DNA from: Cyanobacteria bacterium J06626_4
GTDB taxonomy: Bacteria; Cyanobacteriota; Cyanobacteriia; Phormidesmidales; Phormidesmidaceae
DNA: 24,283 nucleotides
NCBI GenBank assembly: GCA_038523235.1
Contig: JBCBJQ010000090.1
Location: forward strand, 1 to 24,283
Direction: 5' to 3'
Part shown: positions 1 to 7,583 of the stretch, one piece after another
Numbering within the stretch: the stretch's first letter is position 1
Layout: the number at the start of each line of letters is the position of its first letter
Notes under the pieces: model-generated
Database searches by the model: none
Seen by the model: only the letters and a program-made list of their open reading frames with translations
What the model was told of the DNA's origin: nothing
Position numbers and translations under genes: made by a program

Positions 1-747
1 CGATAGGGCCACCTTTTGCGGCGTGGTGACGATAACGGCGCCGGCCATCGGCACCGCTTGGGCTAGCGTTAGTTGCGCATCGCCCGTGCCCGGCGGCATA
101 TCCACCACCAAATAATCCAGCTCGCCCCACGTAACCTGATACAAAAACTGGCGAATCACGCCGTTCAACATCGGGCCGCGCCAAATTACCGGCTGATCGC
201 GATCGATCAAAAAGCCCATGGAGACCATCTTGACGCCGTGGTTAAAGGCAGGATCGAGCACTTCGCCCTCGGCTCCCTGCTGCACGACGACGTTGGCTCC
301 TTCTAACCCCAACATGGTGGGTGCATTGGGGCCGTAGATATCCGCATCGATCAGGCCCACTTTGGCCCCGACCTGAGCCAGTGCCACGGCCAAGTTGACG
401 GCGACGGTGCTCTTGCCGACGCCCCCCTTGCCGCTCGAAACTGCAATGATGTTTTTGACGCCGTCGATGCCCTGGCGATCGGGCAGAGATTTCTGCGCGG
501 GGGTTTCTGCCGTCACCTCGACATTCACAGTGTTGACGCCGGGCAGTTGGCGTACGGCCTTTTCACAATCTTCGACGATGAACTCACGCAGGGGGCAGGC
601 GGGCGTTGTTAGTACGAGAGTAAAGCTGACATCTCCATCCTCGACCGCGACGTTGCGAATCATGTTCAGCTCCACCAGGCTTTTCTGCAGCTCCGGGTCT
701 TGAACGGGGCGCAACACTTGCAGAATCGAGGGAACATCGAGGGTCAT
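1..747 (-). CDS. mrp: Mrp/NBP35 family ATP-binding protein (Fe-S cluster carrier), 3' end runs off the window
   Basis: Manual translation from ATG at 747: MTLDVPSILQVLRPVQDPELQKSLVELNMIRNV...LVLTTPACPLREFIVEDCEKAV...IIAVSSGKGGVGKSTVAVNLAVALAQVGAKVGLIDADIYGPNAPTMLG...MGFLIDRDQPVIWRGPMLNG. Has the deviant Walker A GKGGVGKS and the Mrp-typical WRGPM motif. Absent from the ORF track because there is no stop in the window. Confidence 0.95.
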   Translation of the reverse strand, partial: MTLDVPSILQVLRPVQDPELQKSLVELNMIRNVAVEDGDVSFTLVLTTPACPLREFIVEDCEKAVRQLPGVNTVNVEVTAETPAQKSLPDRQGIDGVKNIIAVSSGKGGVGKSTVAVNLAVALAQVGAKVGLIDADIYGPNAPTMLGLEGANVVVQQGAEGEVLDPAFNHGVKMVSMGFLIDRDQPVIWRGPMLNGVIRQFLYQVTWGELDYLVVDMPPGTGDAQLTLAQAVPMAGAVIVTTPQKVALS

Positions 748-922
748 GATGGGGACTCAGGTGAAAATTAGCGACAGCAACCAAGAGCGGATTGCCATAT
801 TGCCGATTTCTCAATCTTAAAGGCTGAACTGCGTCCGATGAATAGAAAGTCTGGGGGAGTGATGAAAGATAACCGGCGGAAAGCGGGAAAGGCGCCGCAA
901 ATGATCCCCTAGCCCAGAAACG

Positions 923-3073
923 CTATGAGTGCGGCTCACCAAACAACACCACCGACCCGGTCAACCCTTGTAAGACTTGTTGGGTCACGTTGCTCACCGC
1001 CAGTCCGCCTGCCGTGCGTCGCCGCATCGATCGCAAAATCACCAGATCCACATGACGGGCCGCTTTGAGAATCACCGCACCAGGATCGTCGTGGCGGACA
1101 AACTTGATCGCATGTTCGACCGCTGGCCCCTCTTGCATCAGCGCCGCCAGAGCCCGCTTAAACGCCTGCTGCTCAGCCGGGGGACGATCGCGATCGCTGA
1201 CATGCAGCAGCGTCAGTGTGGCCGTGTGAGTATAGGCAAACACCTGGGCAAACCGCAGCGTGCGCACCGTTTGTGGGGTCATCATCTTGATGGGAATCAA
1301 AATTCGCCGCATGTCTACCGGGGCTTTTTGCAAACGGGTGACTGCCACCGGACAGTGGGCCGACCAAAACACCGTGTCAATCAACGTGCCAAACAGCCGC
1401 GCCCGTAACCCTTCAGTGGGGCTCCACCCCATGACAATCAGCTGTGCTCCCTGTTCTCGAGCCGTGCGGCTAATGCCCTGGGCGACATCATCATCAATGC
1501 GGATTTGCGTAAGCGCTTTGGTGCCCCGCTCGTAGCTAATTGTCTGGGCCGTTTGCAGCAGATCATGACGCTGAGCCAGCGTGGCCGAGAGGTTCGCATC
1601 ATCCATATGGACGTGAGCTGGGGCAATTGCCAGGGGGACAATGTGGCCGTTTTCGTGACGGGCGATGAGGGCCGCCATTTCGATCAGATTGCGTTGCGTC
1701 AGCGGATTGGCGATCGCCACGACAACGACAAAGGGCTGGTCCGGTCTGGATGGCGCGGCGGGCCAATTCCAGGTGGGGTCATCAGCGGGCTCAACGGGGG
1801 TCGGCGGCAGCGGCAGCTGCCGGGCAAAATAGCTGGTGGTGATCGATCCGAGCAGCGACGTGATCAGCATGAGCACGATGACAGCGTTGAAGACTGCGGC
1901 GTCAATCAGCCCCACCTGTAGCCCGACCAACGCCGCCGCTAGGGTGGCCGCCACCTGCGGCAGCGATAACGACCACATGGTCAAAATCTGCATCCAGCCA
2001 TAGCGGAACCAGCGGCCCGCGATCGCGGCGGCGACAAATTTGGTGACGATGAGCGTTAGTACAATTCCTAATGTCAGGCCGAGGCGATCGGTCAGGGCCT
2101 CTAAAAACACAGGCACATTTAACAGCAAACCGGTGCAGACGAAGAAGAAGGGAATAAATAGTACGCTGCCAAAGAATTCCACCTTCTCTTTAATCGGGCC
2201 GTCGCCCACCACCCCGTTCACGGCTAACCCAGCCAAGAACGCGCCCACCACTTTATCAACGTTAACCAACTGCGCGCCGACCGCTGCCAGAAACACGGCT
2301 AGCAAGATGAACAAGAATTTGTTGCCTTGTTCATCACCAGTTTTGCGAAAATAAAAATTGCCGGCCCAATCCAGTCCAAATAGGATGGCCACGGCATAGA
2401 GCCCTAAACCGGCCAGCTGTGCCCCCAACCCGAGGGGCGAAAAATCTCCCCCCTGCACGGAAACGCAAACCGCCAACACGAGCAGCGCGGCAATGTCGGT
2501 AAAAATTGTTGCCCCGACGGTGACGGTGACGCACTCATTCCGTGAGGTGCCGAGCCGCATCACAATGGGATAGGCCAGCAGCGTATGAGACGCCAGCAGC
2601 GAGCCAATCAAAACTGCCGCTGGCCAACTGGCACCGGTCAGCCGTCCGAGCATCATGCCACTCACGAGCGGAATGATGAAGGTGAGGCTACCAAAGACGA
2701 GGGAGCGATCGCGGTTGCGGCTGAACTCTTTAAGATCAATCTCTAGCGCCGCGACGAACATCAGGTAAACCTTGCCGACATCCGCAAAGAACTTTTCAAT
2801 TTCGCCGTCGGCATCCAACAGGCCCAAACCACTCGGCCCCAGCATCACCCCCGCTAGCAGCAGGCCGACTAAGCCCGGCAAGCGCAAGCGCTCAAAGATT
2901 GGCGGCAAGGTCAGGCTCACCAGCAACAGCGTCGTAAAAGCTACCAACGGATTGTCCGCAGCCAATACTCTCAAGGCATCGATCATCGGCGCTAATGCCA
3001 CCTCGCTAAAGCGCAGGGGAACCAGGCCGCTCACCCCTGCCACCGGTATTGAGATTATGTCTTGAGACGACAC
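923..3073 (-). CDS. Cation:proton (Na+/H+) antiporter, CPA2-like membrane domain plus C-terminal universal-stress-protein-like domains
   Basis: About 400 aa hydrophobic domain with LRLPGLVGLLLAGVMLGPSGLG, ASHTLLAYPIV, GATIFTDIAAL and VGAFLAGLA motifs, followed by a soluble region with USP-like motifs (LIVMGWS...LFGTLIDTVFWSAHCPVAV). Start is uncertain (GTG 3073 or ATG 2986). Confidence 0.9.
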   Translation of the reverse strand: MSSQDIISIPVAGVSGLVPLRFSEVALAPMIDALRVLAADNPLVAFTTLLLVSLTLPPIFERLRLPGLVGLLLAGVMLGPSGLGLLDADGEIEKFFADVGKVYLMFVAALEIDLKEFSRNRDRSLVFGSLTFIIPLVSGMMLGRLTGASWPAAVLIGSLLASHTLLAYPIVMRLGTSRNECVTVTVGATIFTDIAALLVLAVCVSVQGGDFSPLGLGAQLAGLGLYAVAILFGLDWAGNFYFRKTGDEQGNKFLFILLAVFLAAVGAQLVNVDKVVGAFLAGLAVNGVVGDGPIKEKVEFFGSVLFIPFFFVCTGLLLNVPVFLEALTDRLGLTLGIVLTLIVTKFVAAAIAGRWFRYGWMQILTMWSLSLPQVAATLAAALVGLQVGLIDAAVFNAVIVLMLITSLLGSITTSYFARQLPLPPTPVEPADDPTWNWPAAPSRPDQPFVVVVAIANPLTQRNLIEMAALIARHENGHIVPLAIAPAHVHMDDANLSATLAQRHDLLQTAQTISYERGTKALTQIRIDDDVAQGISRTAREQGAQLIVMGWSPTEGLRARLFGTLIDTVFWSAHCPVAVTRLQKAPVDMRRILIPIKMMTPQTVRTLRFAQVFAYTHTATLTLLHVSDRDRPPAEQQAFKRALAALMQEGPAVEHAIKFVRHDDPGAVILKAARHVDLVILRSMRRRTAGGLAVSNVTQQVLQGLTGSVVLFGEPHS

Positions 3074-3212
3074 CTCTAGCGAGCCGATCAGGTCAAAAAA
3101 AATGGGTAAGGCGAACCTTACCCACGTTGATACAGGAGTTATCAGGAGATAACGACGTCAGCCAAATTCCAGTAGGAGTACCTGCTCTCAAGCAACACTA
3201 CGGCAAGGAAGT

Positions 3213-3260
3213 ATTGACGAGATTCTATGGCAAATCCAAGAGGAATATAACTTAGTCTAT
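3213..3260 (-). promoter_or_regulatory. Pair of putative NdhR/CcmR (LysR-type) binding sites upstream of the antiporter
   Basis: ATTG-acgagatt-CTAT (3213-3228) and ATAT-aacttagt-CTAT (3245-3260). Each is one mismatch from the ATAG-N8-CTAT motif I recall for CcmR/NdhR. The same architecture occurs upstream of ndhF3. Confidence 0.55.
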
Positions 3261-3403
3261 TGTTATTTCAACAAAAAAACGGGACTTTGACAACCTCATC
3301 GGCTTTGAGTTTTCTAATGTTGGATATAAATGCCGCGATCGCCCCCGCCAAAGCAGGAATTTTATTTTTTCAGAGAAAATTCATTATGGCATCCAGGTAA
3401 GCT

Positions 3404-3435
3404 GTCGAGGAGCCCTGAATTCAGGGCTCCTCGAC
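3404..3435 (-). terminator. Perfect 32-bp palindrome downstream of cupS; probable terminator or mRNA-stabilising stem-loop
   Basis: GTCGAGGAGCCCTGAA|TTCAGGGCTCCTCGAC, 16-bp arms with no spacer, about 48 nt past the cupS stop. No clear poly-U tail. Confidence 0.55.
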
Positions 3436-3482
3436 CAGCCATCGATTTCCAACGTCTCTAACGTCCCTGGAGTAAGCCGACC

Positions 3483-3884
3483 TCATCCCATCAAAATGAC
3501 GTTATCCAGCACGTGAATGATGCCGTTGTCAGCTTCAATGTCAGCGGCTAAAACGGTGGCATTTTTGACCTCAAACCCGTCGGTGCCATCAATGGGGATG
3601 GGCCACCCCTCAACCGAATCGATCTGCCCCAGCTTAATTAGATCCGCTTGGGTGTGTTTACCCATCGCTACGTGGTAGGTCAAAATCCGGGCTAGCTGCG
3701 GCGGATTTTGCACGAGCGTTTGCACCGTGCCGGGGGGCAGTTTGGCAAAGGCGTCGTCATTGGGCGCAAAGACGGTAAAGGGGCCAGCGCTTTGCAGTGT
3801 TTCAACCAGGCCAGCAGCAGTTACTGCCGCGACTAGGGTCGAGAAGCCTTCATTATTCACAGCGATATCAACGATAGTCGGCAT
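3483..3884 (-). CDS. cupS: Fasciclin (FAS1) domain protein CupS, small subunit of the CO2-uptake NDH-1 complex
   Basis: [21 protein letters not shown]...[17 protein letters not shown]...ILTYHV...[17 protein letters not shown] carries the FAS1 H1/H2 motifs. 133 aa from ATG 3884, located downstream of cupA. Confidence 0.9.
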   Translation of the reverse strand: MPTIVDIAVNNEGFSTLVAAVTAAGLVETLQSAGPFTVFAPNDDAFAKLPPGTVQTLVQNPPQLARILTYHVAMGKHTQADLIKLGQIDSVEGWPIPIDGTDGFEVKNATVLAADIEADNGIIHVLDNVILMG

Positions 3885-3932
3885 AGTTTTCTCAGGGCGG
3901 TATGGATAAAGGACGGGCGTCGCCACCGGTAG

Positions 3933-4076
3933 CTACTGACTCAATTCGTGCCATTCGGGCAAATCAAGGTTGATGGCAATCAGCGGATAGGGCATTTGGG
4001 ACATCGCCGTCAGCCCGGCGATCGCGATCGCGGCGGCGGCAAAAAACGGATCGAGTTGATCTAAGCGCTGGCGCAT
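3933..4076 (-). CDS. Putative 47-aa small protein with one hydrophobic segment
   Basis: MRQRLDQLDPFFAAAAIAIAGLTAMSQMPYPLIAINLDLPEWHELSQ*, preceded by GGAGGAG-catccc-ATG. Same strand as cupA and cupS and fills the gap between them. Too short for the ORF track. Confidence 0.5.
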   Translation of the reverse strand: MRQRLDQLDPFFAAAAIAIAGLTAMSQMPYPLIAINLDLPEWHELSQ

Positions 4077-4150
4077 GGGATGCTCCTCCATTCGGGGGAT
4101 TAGAACAGGTTCGACTGAGGCCGATCGGGATCGTTCGAGAACACTGACCT

Positions 4151-5452
4151 TTAGCGATAGTCCTGCGTCTGAATCTCGTTCAGGCGCGCTTCGGGACGCA
4201 AAAACCGATCCATCTGCTGTTCAAAAAACTGGCGGTTGGCTAGGCGATGTCGAGGGTTGGGATCATCGAGGGGATATAACAAGGCTGCCCGCAAGGCTTG
4301 AATTACTGCTGACGTGACGTTATACATCGATCTCTGAAAAGTGATGCCCAGCTGAATCAGCACGTCGTCTTCGCCCCGGCAATGCTGCTGGTAATAGTCG
4401 GTCAAATAAGGCGGCAAAAAGTGCAGCATGTCTTGCATCAGCAGGGTGGGCGGAATGCCCGCACTGCCCACGGGGAAGACATCGGCATACAAAATGCCGT
4501 AGTGAAAGTCGTTTTGATCTAACGGCACCTGACCCGCCTGGGCGTTGTAAGACTTGGTACCCCGGAAGGGTGCCGTGCGATAAAACACAGATTCAACATA
4601 GGGCAGCGCCGCTTCGTAAAGCCAGTTAAAGCCCTTTGATTTGGGCACCAGCTCAAAGCACTCATCACCCACATAAACATGGTGATAGATGGGGCGACCG
4701 GCGACCGCAAAAATGCCATTCACCAAGAAGTCCATAGCAGCGGGCACCCCGGCAAAGCCCCCTTCGTCGTAAATGTCGCTCATCTCAAAAAAGACCGGGG
4801 CCATCACTTCCCAAAACAGCCCCAAGTTGGAGTAATAAGACAGCTCCCGACATTTCTCGTAAAACATGTCAGGAAACAGCTTGTGCAGCCCCAGCATCAG
4901 CGGATTGCGTTTGAAGTAGGCGTTAATTGCGCGATCGCAGTTGGCCTTGTACTCGTCGGTGTAGAGATAATCGTTGTAGCGACCGCCCATATCTTGGTGC
5001 CACAGCATGGCCTTCATGCAGGCTTCGGCAAACTCCATGTTGACGCGATCGTGCCAGAGATGGTGAAACAGCTTCGGCCACTTGCGGTTGACCTCACCCT
5101 TCGCCATAAAGTCCAGCAGTTCGGGGTGGGCGGTGGCTTCGCCGCGCCAAATCCGCAGGTCAGCGGTCTCACCGGCATAGTGATTGTGCAGGTCAAGATA
5201 TTCCTGCGGTAAAAAGTATTTGAAGGCCGGTAGCGGATCAAGAAACACGCGCTCGGCAATATACAGCAGGTCCCGCCAGTAAAAGTCCATCGGTACGGCG
5301 TAGGCCTTATAAATGCCGATAATCTGCATCAGATTGTCGGGCGTATCTGGCAGCATCGAGCCCCCGGCTTCGAGGCGGTGAATCACCGCGGCATGGGGAT
5401 GCGTTGAGGGCGGAATCAGGTTGGTTTCGGCGGCGGGTAGGGTGGTCGTCAT
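4151..5452 (-). CDS. cupA: CO2 hydration protein CupA (ChpY)
   Basis: 433 aa with RLEAGGSMLPDTPDNL, HHLWHDRVNMEFAEACMKAMLWH, PFRGTKSYNAQA and GIPPTLLMQDMLHFLP. The length and the adjacent fasciclin gene point to CupA rather than the shorter CupB. Confidence 0.95.
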   Translation of the reverse strand: MTTTLPAAETNLIPPSTHPHAAVIHRLEAGGSMLPDTPDNLMQIIGIYKAYAVPMDFYWRDLLYIAERVFLDPLPAFKYFLPQEYLDLHNHYAGETADLRIWRGEATAHPELLDFMAKGEVNRKWPKLFHHLWHDRVNMEFAEACMKAMLWHQDMGGRYNDYLYTDEYKANCDRAINAYFKRNPLMLGLHKLFPDMFYEKCRELSYYSNLGLFWEVMAPVFFEMSDIYDEGGFAGVPAAMDFLVNGIFAVAGRPIYHHVYVGDECFELVPKSKGFNWLYEAALPYVESVFYRTAPFRGTKSYNAQAGQVPLDQNDFHYGILYADVFPVGSAGIPPTLLMQDMLHFLPPYLTDYYQQHCRGEDDVLIQLGITFQRSMYNVTSAVIQALRAALLYPLDDPNPRHRLANRQFFEQQMDRFLRPEARLNEIQTQDYR

Positions 5453-5553
5453 GGTGTTTAAGGGGGGAGTATCGTCAGGCAGTCAAGCTCAAAGCGGTCA
5501 GGCGCGGGCGGGCGCCGGGAAAAGCAGGGGAGTGAACCATAGGAGTGACGGTT

Positions 5554-5982
5554 ATGGCGAAAAAGTCACGGATTCGCGCGATCGCCATTTGTTTGATGCG
5601 GCGGGGCGATCGCATTTTGGTGCAAGAAGGCCGCGATAAGGTCACCGGCGAACGGTTGGCTCGACCGCTGGGGGGCGGCATCGATTTCACTGAACACAGT
5701 CGCACCGCCATCATTCGTGAAATTCGCGAAGAGCTGGGAGCTGACATTGTCGATGTGAAGCAGTTAGGCATTGTGGAATCGATCTACGTTTACGAAGGAG
5801 AACCCGGCCACCAAATCGTGTTTGTCTATGACGGTCGGTTTGTCGATGAGCACCTGTATGAAAAATCCACCCTGGTAGTCACGGAGGGTAAGCGCACCTT
5901 TAAGGCTCGCTGGCGATCGCTAGAGGAACTGCGCCAAGGGTCGCCTACTCTGGTGCCCAAAGGCCTATGGGAGCTACTGTAG
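5554..5982 (+). CDS. Nudix hydrolase
   Basis: Canonical Nudix box GGIDFTEHSRTAIIREIREELG (GX5EX7REUXEEXG). AGGAG at 5541-5545 supports ATG 5554. The 3' end overlaps the ndhD3 3' end by 9 nt. Confidence 0.9.
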   Translation: MAKKSRIRAIAICLMRRGDRILVQEGRDKVTGERLARPLGGGIDFTEHSRTAIIREIREELGADIVDVKQLGIVESIYVYEGEPGHQIVFVYDGRFVDEHLYEKSTLVVTEGKRTFKARWRSLEELRQGSPTLVPKGLWELL

Positions 5983-7515
5983 CGGTACTTCCAGCACCTC
6001 CTCAGAGAGGGCAGTAGCCAGCGGCTTGGGGGTGACCGGGGCGATCGCCAGCGGCGGCGGCGGCAGTTGGGCCACCAAACTCACTGCTGTCGGCTCGCCC
6101 CAGCGCACCAGCCAGGTTGGCTGTACGCCTAAGAACAAAATGAGCACCGCCAACACGACGGCGGGAAACCGTTCGACAAACTTCACCTTGGGAAAATAGG
6201 CGAGGTCGTTATCGAGTTTGCCAAAGCAGGTACGGTTCAGCAAGATGACAAAGTAAACGGCGGTCATGCCCGTGCCGACGACGCACAATAGCGTCGGCAA
6301 CGGAAAGATGCTGTAGGCGCCCTGAAAGACCAAAAACTCGGTCACAAAGCCAATTAGCCCTGGAATGCCCGCGCTGGCCATGCCGCCTAAAATCAGCAGC
6401 GCACTAGTGAGGGGCAGGCCGCGAATGGGGTTCATTAACCCGTTGAGCACATCTAGCTCGCGGGTGCCCACTTTGGCTTCGACCACCCCGACTAAGTGAA
6501 AGAGAATCGCCAAAATTAGACCGTGGGAAACCATTTGGCTGACGGCTCCCGTGAGACCCAAATCGGTCAGCGAAGCCCCGCCCAGCAGCACATAGCCCAT
6601 GTGCCCGATCGAGCTGTAGGCCACCATGCGCTTGATGTCTTTTTGGGCGATCGCCGTGATCGCCCCGTACAACACGCTGATTGCGGCCCACACCGCTAAA
6701 TAGGGCGACAAGGTCGCCCAAGCATCGGGAAACATCCCGAGGCCAAACCGAAACAGGCCGTAGGTGCCTAACTTGGCCAGCACGCCGCCCAAAATCATGG
6801 CCACGGGGGTCGAGGCGGCCACGTAGGTATCGGGTAGCCAGGTGTGAAACGGCACCAGCGGAATCTTGATGCCAAAAGCTACCAGCATCATGCCCAGCAA
6901 AATCACCTGCCCCGTCATCGGCAGCGTTTGCCCCAACGCCGGGGTATAAGCAAAATCGGTCTGCTGGGTGAGCCAGACAGTGGCTAAGAAGCTGGCCAAC
7001 ATCAGCGCCCCTGACACGGCGGTATACAGCAAAAACTTCGTCGCGGCGTAGGTGCGCCGCTGCCCGCCCCAAATCGCGACTAATAAGTAGAGGGGGACTA
7101 GCTCAATTTCATACAGTAGGAAAAACAGCAGCAGGTTCTGTGCCAAAAATGCTCCGGCTACCCCGCCATTGACCAGCAACATCAGCCCATAGAACAGTTT
7201 GGGGCGCTCCATCTCACTGTGGCTGCTCCACAGCGCCATCCAGGTGATTAGGCTGTTGAGGGCCACCATCAAGAGGGAGAGACCATCTAGCCCCAAGTCG
7301 TAATTCAGCCCCAATAGCGGTAGCCAGGGCAAAAACTCGCGAAACTGAAAGCCCGGATTGCTCAGGTCAAACTGGGTAAACAGCCAGGCGCTCCAAAGCA
7401 CGGTGAAGCCAGCGGTAGACAGGGCGATCGCCCGTGCCTGCTTGGCGGTTACCTGAGGCAAAAAGGCCAAGGGCAACGCCACAATAATTGGGAGCCAAAT
7501 CAGAACACTCAACAT
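5974..7515 (-). CDS. ndhD3: NAD(P)H-quinone oxidoreductase subunit D3 (NuoM-like)
   Basis: 513-aa multi-TM protein with LGLDGLSL, YEIELVPLY, AFGIKIPLVPFHTWLPD, KRMVAYSSIGHMGYV and QMVSHGLI. Lies between ndhF and cupA. Confidence 0.93.
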   Translation of the reverse strand: MLSVLIWLPIIVALPLAFLPQVTAKQARAIALSTAGFTVLWSAWLFTQFDLSNPGFQFREFLPWLPLLGLNYDLGLDGLSLLMVALNSLITWMALWSSHSEMERPKLFYGLMLLVNGGVAGAFLAQNLLLFFLLYEIELVPLYLLVAIWGGQRRTYAATKFLLYTAVSGALMLASFLATVWLTQQTDFAYTPALGQTLPMTGQVILLGMMLVAFGIKIPLVPFHTWLPDTYVAASTPVAMILGGVLAKLGTYGLFRFGLGMFPDAWATLSPYLAVWAAISVLYGAITAIAQKDIKRMVAYSSIGHMGYVLLGGASLTDLGLTGAVSQMVSHGLILAILFHLVGVVEAKVGTRELDVLNGLMNPIRGLPLTSALLILGGMASAGIPGLIGFVTEFLVFQGAYSIFPLPTLLCVVGTGMTAVYFVILLNRTCFGKLDNDLAYFPKVKFVERFPAVVLAVLILFLGVQPTWLVRWGEPTAVSLVAQLPPPPLAIAPVTPKPLATALSEEVLEVPLQ

Positions 7516-7583
7516 GATCGTAAGCCAGATAAAAGAGCCATCAACTAACTGCGTCGTCGGTCAAATTGGGAAGCCGCCTATTT

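Noticed and set aside
73..814. ORF-track ORFs 73-306, 395-703 and 584-814
   Set aside because: They are antisense or alternate-frame shadows of the mrp gene (minus strand, start 747).
3885..3926. Extended cupS start at GTG 3926
   Set aside because: The FAS1 sequence begins naturally at MPTIVDIAV (ATG 3884), and the extension has no domain-like character.
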